DNA from: Sminthopsis crassicaudata
Taxonomy: Eukaryota
DNA: 64,000 nt
Direction of reading: 5' to 3'
Assembly: GCF_048593235.1 (NCBI RefSeq)
Contig: NC_133618.1
Coordinates: 676,370,361 to 676,434,360, forward strand
Shown here one piece after another: positions 1 to 10,903 of this stretch (the stretch's first letter is position 1; the number at the start of each line of letters is the position of its first letter). The position numbers were made by a program, and so were the translations under genes. The notes beneath the pieces are model-generated. The model saw nothing but the letters and a program-made list of their open reading frames with translations, was not told the DNA's origin and ran no database searches.

Positions 1-292
1 GTGTGTTCCAGGCAGAATTTGAAACCAGATCTGCTGACCCCATCCTCCAGCCTGTGTTGCTGTAACTGTACCGCGAGATTTGCTGTTTTCAACCTGTCAT
101 CTCTGGGATGCCAAATGATATTTCTTCTCATCAAAATCATCCCATCCTAGAAGTCATTTCTCTCTCGGCTATAACCATTAAGTCTTTAAACTGAATTTCT
201 AGTGATTTTTGCATTTGGAAAAAAAAAAATCTGTCATCATTTGCTGTGTCGTAAATCTTTTAATTGATCGGAGTCAAACTTATTCCCTTTAG

Positions 293-491
293 GTTTGTTC
301 TGGAGCCCCTCCTGCCAAAGAAGATGCATTCGAGGTCCCAGGATAAATTGGATAAGGATGACCTTGATAAGGAGAAGAAGGACAAGAAGAAGGAAAAAAG
401 GAATAGCAAGCATCAAGAGATATTTGATAAAGAATTTAAACCCACCGATCTTTCTCTGCAGCCTTCGGAGGCAGTGATCCTCTCGGAAACG
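293..491 (+). CDS. DOCK1: DOCK1 coding exon, fourth from last (gene continues upstream of the window)
   Basis: Acceptor tattccctttAG at 291-292 and donor ACG|gtaatt at 492. Encodes (G)FVLEPLLPKKMHSRSQDKLDKDDLDKEKKDKKKEKRNSKHQEIFDKEFKPTDLSLQPSEAVILSET, which matches the DOCK1 region after DHR2 as I recall it. Starts phase 2, ends phase 0. Confidence 0.96.
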
Positions 492-859
492 GTAATTTAA
501 AGGGGGAAATGTTGTCTCTTTGTGTTGGCTGGCTGCTGTTTGGTGTCTGCTTTAAACCCGTTGGGGATTGAAAGAGGCACTTGGGTAAAGGAAGGTGAGA
601 GTCTCACAGGGGGCCTTTGGTCTGGGTTCCTAACCTGGCCCCAGCAGGATGGGGTGGCTCAGAGTCCCTAGAATGTAGCCAAGTGTTTGATGAAAGCCCC
701 GTGAGCCCGCAGGTAAAGCGATGGTGAGGGAGCCGCGGGTCTGCCCTCGAGGTTCTCATTCTGAGCGCCGGTTCCCAGTCACAGAGCTTGACTGTTCTCT
801 TGCTGCATCCTCGCGCTGGACAAAGGCCTGTGTATCAGAGCTGTGGGTAGCCCCATGCC

Positions 860-1200
860 GAGAAGGTGACACCTTGTGTAACAGAGTCAGGAGCCAGAAA
901 GAGCTTGACAGGTTAGAACAGCACTCTTCTAAGGCAAAATGGGATAAGGCTGGCTGTCAGATGTAAAGTTTGGTGTTGGAGTTACGCAAAGTCAACTTCA
1001 CAAGGACAGCTCGAGAGTGCAGCTGCTAGCAGATCCTGAAAGGGATCTGGGGGTGCTGGTGGACCCCGTGTTCGCTGGGAGCCAGTAGTGCGACATGGAA
1101 GCTAAGGAAGCAGCTGCGCTCTGTCGTTTCTGGCTCGTGGGAGGGTCTGCACTGCACAGACCCCGTCAGGAGCGAGGGTTCAGAAGCCGGAAAAGAGCCG
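860..1200 (+). mobile_element. L3/CR1 LINE remnant
   Basis: cagaaagagcttgacaggttagaaca...gatgtaaagtt and gaaagggatctgggggtgctggtggac...agccagtagtgcgacatg resemble the CR1 ORF2 3' region. Confidence 0.55.
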
Positions 1201-1671
1201 GAGGAGACAGCCTGGGCTACAAGATAGAACGTCAGCCTCCCCATGACACATAAGGGGCGTTGTGACGCGCCCAAGTCGCCCAATAATCGGTGGCATCGGT
1301 GTGGAAGTCTCCTTTCTGGGAGTTCCCAATGTCAAGGAAATCGAGGGGATGGACCCAAAGTGCAGAAGACACTGTGTAGGGACAACACAAGGGCTGGAGG
1401 TGCTTATGGCTCCCTGCTATATGGGAAAGACGGCCCTTGGGAAGAGGTTTCTATTGTTGAACCCCAAAATAAACCCTGCCCAGAGCAGAGTGGGCTTCCT
1501 CAGTGATGAGCTTCCCGTCCTCAAAGGTATTCGAGCAGAGCCTGGACAACCACCTGGCTGGCATGCCATGGGTGGTCTGAACGAGGCGGTCAGTAGGTGT
1601 GGAACCAGTCTTATCCAGGAACTCCCTTCTCCCCCCTGAACCTAAAGCAGTGAGAGAGACGAGGGAGAATC

Positions 1672-1795
1672 CATTAGATTGTAAGCTCTTCGAGGGCAGG
1701 GGCCTGTCTCTGCCTCTTTTGGTCTCCCCAGCACTGAGCACTGGCACATAGTAGGTGCTCCATAAATACTTAGTAATCGATTCCTGATTGATGAG
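1672..1795 (+). mobile_element. L2 LINE 3' end
   Basis: tagattgtaagctcttcgagggcaggg...ggcacatagtaggtgctccataaatac is the typical L2 terminus. Confidence 0.75.
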
Positions 1796-2784
1796 GAGCA
1801 CCGGCTCCTGACGGCCTCTAGGGTTTGCCTTTGAAGGCATCATTTTTTTGAAGAGCTCTCGGTCCTTGGTCAGTTTCTGCTTGAATAAGCCAGAATTCTA
1901 CAAAAATCTCCTCAGAGAGATCCTTGATTACATTTAGCACCAGGGGACACTGGATTTCTGTAGCAGAAAGTTCAGGCTTTCTGCGGGCAGTGCCCAGGAT
2001 GCCACCTCGCAGCCCTGTGCATTTACCCAGTGCCAGCCACAGTCGGGATGGAAGGAGCTCTCCTCGGGTGCCCTCTGGCAGAAGCTCTCTGTGCCCCCTG
2101 TGATTTTCCCCAGCAGCCGCCCCCTCCAGACCCTGCTAAGGGCACAGTCTGCCTTAGTGGTGCCTCAAGAACTGCCCTCTCTGCCCGATCTCTTGCCCTT
2201 GTCTGCCAGCTTGGGGCGGTGGAAGGAGGGCTGAATATAGCATCCCCATTCTGCCTTCAGAGAAGTTACTTCACTCTTGCCACCATTTCCTTCTCTGCCC
2301 ATCTCTGCCCCTTGCTCCCTGCGTGACCGTGGGACCCCGGACCTCAGTTTCCCCTTTATGAAATCCAGATCCGCGGTCCTGGCTGAGCACCGGCTTCCTG
2401 TGGCTCCGTGTCCTTTATTCTGACTTGAATCAGCCCCACGCAAAGTGAGCAGAACGTCCGGAGGAGCGGACCAAGAGTCAGCCTGTAGCTTGCGCAGCTG
2501 GCCTGCGGCTCGGCTCTCCTTTCTCTGCCATTTGCTGCCTTGGGCACCCCTGCTCTCCACCCAGTCCTTGCGGCCATCACTGCCCATCCCGCCCGGGGCA
2601 AACAGAGTACAAGAAAGGAGCCCTGGAGCCACAGGCCGGGCCCAAGCCAGTCAGATTTCTCGAGCTTTGTTCTGTTAGACGTGAAAAACTCTGGTAACTT
2701 TCCTGATATTCAGCAAAATGAAAACTCCCAGCTGGCCTGTTCCTTCCCCTCCTGTGACTGAGCAGAAAAACTGGTTTTAAATCT

Positions 2785-2845
2785 CCCGTCTCCCCGAGAG
2801 CCCGGCACGGTGTTCTGTACACAGCAGGCGCTCCATCAGTGTGAA
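2785..2845 (+). mobile_element. GC-shifted L2/MIR 3' tail remnant
   Basis: gcccggcacggtgttctgtacacagcaggcgctccatcagtgt aligns to the L2/MIR tail (compare 27270-27294). Confidence 0.5.
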
Positions 2846-4264
2846 CTTAAGTGGAGCCTGCAGCACACGGCACTGCGATCGGCTTCGGAGGAGACCAGGG
2901 TTTCGGGGCCGGGCTTGTTCCCAAGCAAGGTCTCTTTCTAGCCAGAAGCCGGAATCCCAGAGCCGGGTCAGGCTCCCGAGGATTCCGGGAACCCCTTCCC
3001 CTCTGGGAAAGCTAAAGAAGGATGGAAAAGGGGATCCTATCACATACACGGAGAAAGGATCTGGTCAGAACTCCCAGCCCGGGCCGGGGGAGCAGATCGG
3101 TTATCTGTGACCGGGCCCAAATCCCGGGCTGCTGTCCGAGTCCTGGGGTCGCAGAACCACTAACTGTCCGAGGTGGGATTGGGTCCCGGGCTCTCTGCCT
3201 GCCTCTGACCCCGCTCAGCGCCTCGGGAGCCTAAGGTCCCCTAGGATTGGAGATGTCCAGGCAGGGCTGGGGTCTTCCTCACTGGATGGAATTGTCCGGA
3301 GAGAGTGTGAGCCCTCTTGGCCACATCCAGTCTTCCCACCTGGCCTGCCTGGCCGTATGAAAGAGGCTAAGATCCCTCCTCCTCCCGGACCCAGCCCGGA
3401 GCCCCGGGCCCGCCAGGCTCTGCAAGGGCAGAATAATTCCAGGAAAAAAAGACCCCAGAGCAAATCCAGCAACACCCCCCCCCCCAGCAGCCCCTGAAGG
3501 CAGGGATGAGAGCGAAGGATGAGTCAGAGGGCAGACTGGGAAGAGTGTGTGTAGACCGTCTCCACTGCACGCCCCCAGAAAATGGACCCATCCAGTATCT
3601 GATAAAGCAGGACCGCGCCGGCCCGAATGGGAGGTTACGTTGTCTCCCTCGTCAGGGCTGTTTTTAGGAATTTTTGTAACTGCTTCAATTCCTTTGTATT
3701 TTTTAATTGCTAGAGCTCCCCCAGGCCTCTCAGTGGGAGCCCAAGATGTAAGAAAAGCAGAAATAAAGCAGCTGGTTTCATAAACTCGGGGAAAGGCTGG
3801 GGTGGGGAAGGGGTCACGGAGATCCAGAGATGGAGGGAAAGCCAGTAAAGGGAAGATGCTGTCCCGTTCCTGAAGGGGACGGAGGGCATGGCTGGGTGGC
3901 TCAGGAGTTAGCACGCACAAGGGCGGGATGGCCACGAAGTCCCATGGGGACAGACCGAGCAGACTCCCGGTCCCACTCCCGACCCTTAGAAAGCGGCCCT
4001 CCTGGGTGGGGTGCCTGGTCCATTCACAGGGCAGCGCCCCGAGTCAAGCTCCAGCTCTGGTGTGATTTAGGCAAATGCCGGCTCTCCTGCCCGTGGCTTC
4101 TCCAGGATGGCCAGGCTGGACCAGCCGGCCCTGAGGGGCCGAAATCCCCGGTCCTGTGGCCCGGACCCTGTGCCAGTCACCTACGAGATGGAGGCCCGGC
4201 CTCCCCTCGCACACCAAGGCAAGTCCAGGACTGTGAGTCTCTTTGCTCTCTTGTTTTCCCGCAG

Positions 4265-4415
4265 ATCAGTCCCCTGAGGCCTCAGAGACCAAAGAGCCAA
4301 GTGATCCTTGTGGGGAATGAGCGGCGCTTCTCCGTGTCCCCATCGCCCCCGTCCTGCCAGCAGACGCCGCCTCCCATCACCCCCAGGTCCAAGCTGACTT
4401 TCAGCCTGCAGTCGA
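4265..4415 (+). CDS. DOCK1: DOCK1 coding exon, third from last
   Basis: Acceptor cttgttttcccgcAG and donor A|gtaagt at 4416. 151 nt encoding ISPLRPQRPKSQVILVGNERRFSVSPSPPSCQQTPPPITPRSKLTFSLQS plus 1 nt; in frame with both neighbouring exons. Confidence 0.96.
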
Positions 4416-4704
4416 GTAAGTGGGGGCTCTTGTGGGGGGCCGGGGGCCTGCACCCAGTGCTGAACTTTTCCCAGTGCATTTTGGGACTGCTTCCTTCGGC
4501 AGAAAGAACGAGGCAGCCACGCGCTAGCTCATCGGGCCTTCCCTTTTTTCTGGGACAAGCAGTCGATGTCCCTCCCCCCACTTACTGCTGCAGGATGGTG
4601 TGCAAAGGGTTAATTCAAAACCTCGAGTGGTTCAGCCTCCCACACGGAGCTCTCCTTAATGCCTGAGAAAACCTTTCTTTTTAAAAAAAACTAGGATTTA
4701 CTTT

Positions 4705-4860
4705 TTAAATTTTTATTTTATTTTATTTTCCAAATTCACACAAAGCCAGCTTCCAACATTCACCCTTGCAAAATCGTGTGTTCCCCATTTTCTCTGTGCC
4801 CCCTCCCCTAGACAGCAAGTATGGGTTAAACATAACTCGTGAGCATGCGCCCAGGCTTCC
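4705..4860 (-). mobile_element. Marsupial L1 3' end fragment
   Basis: T-rich tail followed by ttccaacattcacccttgcaaaatcgtgtgttcc...cccctagacagcaag; the same 3' UTR motif recurs at 31.5, 39.9 and 47.1 kb. Confidence 0.75.
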
Positions 4861-5499
4861 CTGCTCCTCACGATGATGGGGGGGCTGTCAGCATCCCTGA
4901 AGGATCCATCCCGGGGCCCGTGGGAGAAAAGAGAGAAAGGCAGATCCAGGCTGGAAGGTCCATCCCTCCTTCTTAGGGGTCCAGATGGTCTCATTTCAGC
5001 AGCCACCTCACAGTCCGCAGCTCCAGGTCACGGCCGAGGTCATTCACACCTGACTCCTTCCCCTTTGGGGGGGCAGTGACTGCAGACGTGCCGGCCCTCT
5101 TCGGTTGGACATTTTTGGTTCCGGACATAATCATACAGTGTCGCCACAGTTCCCCGGGGAGGCTCCGGTGCATGTCTCTGTGGCTGCCCCCACGTTCCTG
5201 CCCCTCCCAGGCCCCGGCCCCTCTCTGGCCACCACTGCAAGTCTCCAGGATCTGGACGGAGGGTGAGGAGAGCCCGACACGGGCCCGGCCTGGCAGTCTC
5301 TGCCCGCGCCGGAGCCTCCTGCCCTGGGCCTGGCACCTTCTGCCTCTTTGCCTGGAGTCACTCGGTGGCAGGACTTGAACCACGTTTCCCAATTCCTGAG
5401 GGCGGCTCTGCCCGCTGGGTGTCTCTGTCCCTGGACCATCATGGGGCTTAATAAATGCTTGTTTTCTTCAAGTTTTTAATTCTTCCCATTAAATGCAAC

Positions 5500-6100
5500 T
5501 CAACCGTGTCTGAAAACAATCCCCGGAGTCCCAAGGGCAGCAAAGTATCGGGCCGGGGACGGCGGCTCTCCGAGGCGCCCGGGCGGGGCTGCAGGCCCAA
5601 ACTCCACCCTCAAGTCCGCCGGCGGCGCTTTTCCTCCTGGCCGGGCCTCCCGGACCCGGGAAGCCCCAGAACTGTCAGGGGCAGGGCCGCGGTCTCCCAC
5701 TGGCCGGCGTCCATCCCGGCCCCTTCCATCCCCCTCCGTGTAATGGAGCGCTGGGCCATAAGGCGGCCGATCACTTGGTATTTCCCCTAAAACCCTCCCA
5801 GCAACTTCCCGCTCTTCCTCCGGAGCTTTGGGCCCTCAGGGCGGCTGATCCAGTATTTTCCCCCCAAATAAACCCCCCGCAGCCGGCCGGCCTCCCTCAG
5901 AGCAGCGATCGCACTTATGGTCCTCCTTTTCCAGGCTTGGAGCTGAATGGGATGCCCGGCGTAGACATGGCGGACGTCCCCCCGCCTCTCCCTTTGAAAG
6001 GCAGCACGGCGGATTACGGGAACCTCCTGGAGAATCCCGAGCTGATGAGCCTGACCACCCCTCCCCCGCCGCCCCCCCACCACCGGGTAAGTTGCCTTCG
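5500..6100. promoter_or_regulatory. CpG-island-like intragenic segment overlapping the penultimate DOCK1 exon
   Basis: 8 CpG starting in 5521-5580 alone; GC box GGGCGGGG at 5581. Function not shown. Confidence 0.45.
5935..6086 (+). CDS. DOCK1: DOCK1 penultimate coding exon
   Basis: Acceptor tcctccttttccAG and donor CGG|gtaagt at 6087. 152 nt completing Ser (A|GC), then LELNGMPGVDMADVPPPLPLKGSTADYGNLLENPELMSLTTPPPPPPHHR. Includes a PxxPxK motif. Confidence 0.96.
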
Positions 6101-6287
6101 GCAATGAGAGTCTAAGGAAACTTCTCCCTTTCTGGAAAACCACCTTCCCCTCCCCCCCAACAAGGCACCCATGCCCTGCTGTGTGTCCATCTCCACAGGG
6201 ACCTTCCCTCAAGAGAACCTGCCTTTCAGTCCTCCCAGTCTCTGTGGGTGGAAGCTCGTCAGAGGCATTGAGGCTCGTATACAAAGA

Positions 6288-6803
6288 TGTGTGTGTGTGT
6301 GTGTGTGTGTACACACACACACACTCTCACACTCACACACATTCTCACACACGCACACACACACTCACAGACACACTCACACTCACACACACTCTCACAT
6401 ACACACACACTCACAGACACACTCACACACTCATATACACACATACACACACACTCTCACACACACTCAGTCTCACACACTCACACACAGATATACACAT
6501 GGACATATTTATATATGCACACATATATTTATATACATGCATGCGCATTTATATTTATATATACATACACATACACACATCTATACCATATACGTATATT
6601 TTAAACACAGATATATACAAGCACATATATATTTATACATATACACATATTTTATACATATACACACATGCATATATTTATATATGTTTTATATATACAT
6701 GCACACATGCATATATAAATACATATATATATACACACGTGCACATATATTTATATATACATGCACGCATATTTTTATATACATACGCACACACATATAT
6801 ATA

Positions 6804-6834
<31 letters not shown>

Positions 6835-6840
6835 GTATAA
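6288..6840. repeat. Compound (TG)n-(CA)n-(TA)n microsatellite / low-complexity tract
   Basis: Directly visible, mostly alternating purine-pyrimidine runs. Confidence 0.96.
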
Positions 6841-8094
6841 AACTTATATAAAACAGGTTTTTTTAAATTATAACTGACACAGCTTTTTAGTCCCTCATGA
6901 CAGTCACTTTTTTATAATATTTGATAACTCTCTCAATGCCAGAGATTCTGGGACATACTTCCTTGCCCTCTCACCTTGATGGAAAGGGACTGGACGATTT
7001 CACTCAGCTTCCCTGACTTCTGTTTCGTGGCTATAATTTTGAGAACAGCCTGTCACTGACAGAAGGAAAACAAGGATGTACTTTTTTGGACGAAAAGTTT
7101 GTATTTATCATTTTGTTTTCTAACTTTACCCATAATCCTCTCTCAAGACATTTTCGTTATTTGTTCAAACCCAAAGCCTTCCAGGGGTTGCATTAAGTCT
7201 CGTTATTACTCACTTGGTTTGGACGTGGTACTAACGGCTGCCCAGAAGGTGGCATCATCGTTTTCCTAAGTAATGGAGAAGGCAGTAGTGACCTCAGACC
7301 TGCGCGATGGCTAGAGCCGAGGGCCCCGGCCTGAGAATGACGTCCAGAAAGTTTGGGGACTGATTTCTCAGCACCGAGGATGTCCCACTGTGTCACTCAT
7401 AAAGCCAGCCCCCAGTTGGTTCTCGGGGTGAATAACTTGCTAAATTTAGACCACCCGATAATGGAATTGTAAATCCAATTATATTAATTACCCAGCTCTC
7501 TTTGTTGTTTCATTCCTGCCTAATTTACTTGCAGAATGTGAGCGCTTCCAGGTAATGGACTTGTTGTTGAGGTCTAATTTATGAAGTCAGAACCAATGGC
7601 AGCTCCAGCCTCCTGGTTCCACCGCCAGCCCCTCAGAGCCGTTGGGCGTTCGTTGATCATTGGATCGTGGTGGGGGGGAACCGGGGGGAACCATCTCCCT
7701 GTCGGAGCCGGGCAGACCAGCGTCTAACAAATTCCCAAGTGTGGCCCCATCACCCATCTTCTTCCTGGGCGGCCTATCCCAGGTCCAGGGTCCACGCAGA
7801 CATTTTCCTTAAAAGTCCTGGCATCCAGAGCTTGAGAAAATGGGGGATTCTGTTCCAATCGAAGCATGGCTTTTGGGGAGAAGTCACTATTTCTCACAGA
7901 CAGAACATAGTACAGTTAGTATAAGCGGCGAGCTTTGACCCTTCTTGTCTATAACCTAAGAAGGTTCCAAATAAACATCCAAATGCACCTTTGGTAGAAC
8001 ATCAGACATTTTGATTGCGTTCTTTTCTGCTTGTTCTCGGGTTTTTGTTTTTTTTGTTGTTTTTTAATCTATAAATATGATTCTGTCAACTTAA

Positions 8095-8750
8095 CTAGAG
8101 GTAATCAATCGAAGATTTTTTTTTAAGTTCCTACTATGCGCCAGGCATAATCCTGGGAATAGAGAGGCAAAAAATCATGGTCCCTGACCTCAGGGAGCTT
8201 TTGTTCTGGTGGGGGAGATGACACGTAAGTGTAAATGGCACTTAATCTCAGGGAGAAGACACAAGTAGGGGGAGAGACCTGGAAAGGCTTCTTAAAAAGC
8301 TGAAATTTGAGCTGAGTCTTGAAGGAAACCAGGGGGTGGAGGGGAGGGGGCAGAGCCTCCCACACATAGGGGACAGCCGGGGAAAACACCGGAAGCCAAG
8401 GAGAGGAGAGCAGGTGGGAGGCCAGTGGGCTGGATAGGAGAGTGTCCAGCAGCAGAATCACCTGGACTGGGAGGTGGGCTGGGGGGCAGGGGGAGAAGAA
8501 CCAGCAGAGGCTCTGGAGGAAGTAGGGGCTGGCAAAGGATGGCGTCACCTCCTGCTAAAACAGGAGGACGTCAGATCGGCGTTTGGCAGCTGAGTGGTGA
8601 GATTGGCAGCGGGATCTCCAGACGCGCTTCAGCTCGGGCTCACCCCTGCTCAGGTGTGAGCGCCCCATTCCAGGTGTCATCAGCCCAGATTCTGGGGGAA
8701 ACCGCAAAAGCCCCTTTGAACATAGAGCAAAGTCTGAAAGCCGACCTTAA
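8095..8750 (-). mobile_element. L2 LINE remnant
   Basis: ttaagttcctactatgcgccaggca...ccctgacctcagggagctt...tgagctgagtcttgaagga are antisense L2 3' motifs. Confidence 0.7.
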
Positions 8751-9074
8751 AGGGGAGAAATGCCCGCTCAGAGCCTGAGGGTCAAATGCCCACTCAGAGG
8801 CTGAGGGACAAATGCCCTAGTTCTCAGGCACCCAGCCTCCTCACCTATAAAACGAAAGGAGTGGGAGGGCCCAAGGGTGCCCGAGGACCCTAGGTCAGCC
8901 GGGCCCTCATGTTGGAAAGAGGGATTGGGGAAAGAACCAAGAAGCAGAAGCAAGAAAGCGTAGCCCAGATGGGGCTCTCGTGGGGGGCCAGAAAACCAGG
9001 CTGAGTTTTGTCATTTTTGGCAGAATCGAGAAATTGCAGATAGAAATCCCCAAGAATCCACCGTCCGAGCCAAG

Positions 9075-9440
9075 CTGGCTTTTTGCCGTTGCTCCCTCCT
9101 TCCGTCGCCCATCTCCGCGCCTTTTCCCAGGCTGCCTCCGCGCCTGCCTGGAATGCCCTCCCTTCTCACCCCCGCCTCCTTCCAGACTCAGCTCAAGCAG
9201 CACCTTCTACAGAAGGCTTTTAGGGTACCTCCAATTGCCAGTACTGCCCCCATTCCTTTGAATATATCTGTAACTCTATGAAGTACATATTATATAGGTA
9301 ATGTATATTATGTGTAATGTATAACATAGATTATAGATACTTGGTATCTACTTTATACTTCTTTCTCTCTGTCCTTTAGGACAGGGATCATTGGGCCAGT
9401 ACTTGACACAGAATAGTTGCCCAATAAATGTAGAATGAAG
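9075..9440 (+). mobile_element. L2 LINE 3' remnant
   Basis: tgcctggaatgccctcc...cagctcaagcagcaccttctacagaagg...cccaataaatgtagaatgaa. Confidence 0.65.
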
Positions 9441-10903
9441 GAAGAACATCCAAATTCCAAGTTTAAGAGTGGGAGGAGGAAACTCCCACAGCCTGGAGGC
9501 CGCCGGCAGCGTCTTTGGGTTCTCCCCACAGCCAGGCTCCCGTTCCCTCCGCAGATGGCCCCAACTTCTTGGAAACACATTATTTCACTTAAAACGGAGT
9601 GCAGAGCCGCCCTGGGAACCTTAGTTCTCCTCCCAGACCACGAGGAAGTGTGGGGCTATGTGAGCTTGTTGCAGGCTTCTCCTGGATCTGAGGCCATGAT
9701 ATATGACAAGAAACTTGTTCTCTCTTGAATTCTGCTACAGAGTGATGGCTGTTCAGGTCCTGATGTGTCCAGTAGAGAGAGAGCTCATAGGCCGACATAG
9801 GTTCCCCCTAATGCAAACTGTTAGAGGGAGGAAACAAAGCCAGCCATTGCTGTTAAGTATAGGGTGCAGTGTTACCCAGCCGAAGTTCTAGGGGACCTGC
9901 TTAAAGATGAGAAGAACTGGCAAATATGATGAACTGGATAGAACCGACTAGACTAATTGGATTCCCATCAATGTTTGAATTTCTTTTTCTTGTGTATTAT
10001 TTAATCCTACTTTAATGATCTTTTTTACATCATTAATTTAAATCAGATTTAAATTAATTTATCATCAGATAAACTCAACTGGACAGAGGCCAGTGCTGAT
10101 TCACAAAAACTCAAATTCAGACTGTGTTCTTATAGAAAACCTATGGTGTGTAAGGCCCTGGGAAGGGCCTGGGAAGATTCTTACCCTCAAGAAGCTTACA
10201 GTCTGTCCCTGGCCGTCGATCAGTCCTTCTAGCTCACGTAGCCCTCTCAGTGGGCTCGAGAGACCGGGGGGCTTATCTCACATCCACTCATCCCCACATC
10301 CTCGTGAGCCCCTTAACTCTATTTTGGCCCATAAAAGACATTCATCGACAGAGAATAATTAGGGGAAGGGGTTTTCTAAGCCAAGGGTAGTTTCAGTCTA
10401 GACTCTAAATCTTCATACAACCCCAAAAGTGACCCCAAAAGTCAAAAGTGATGGGACTTGTGTGGTTAACCATTATAGAGACCAAGATTCTATAATCTGT
10501 ATTATATACTTTATTTTACTGGTTCATTAGTTTCCAGTTCAAGATTTCGGACTCCTTCTTAGAGGCTCATCGTATCTGATGTTTTTTGGTTGTGTCCAAT
10601 TCTCCGTGACCCCGGAGATAATGGACTAATTTGCCCTTTTTTCTCCAGTTTACTAAATCTAAAATTCAGATCTCTGACTCCAGAGCCTGTGCTCTGTTCA
10701 CAAGTGACCTAGCTGCCTCCTGGCACATAGAATTAAGTGCTAGTCGACTTTCTTGATTTTAAATTATCCATATACTTGTGGTTTTCTACAAATGGAAAGT
10801 AGACTCCCCAGGTTTGAGGGGGCTTTGATTTTAGCTTTCTCTCCTCACATTTGGTGTTGTGTTGACCCGGGCTGAATTGCCTCTCCTCCTTTTCTCCCTC
10901 TAG

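Noticed and set aside
3830-4666. 278-aa ORF as a single coding exon
   Set aside because: Only 4265-4415 is DOCK1-like and bounded by splice sites. The rest is GC-rich intron that is open by chance.
6171-6851. Overlapping 219-226-aa His/Thr/Tyr/Ile ORFs
   Set aside because: Translations of (CA)n/(TA)n microsatellite.
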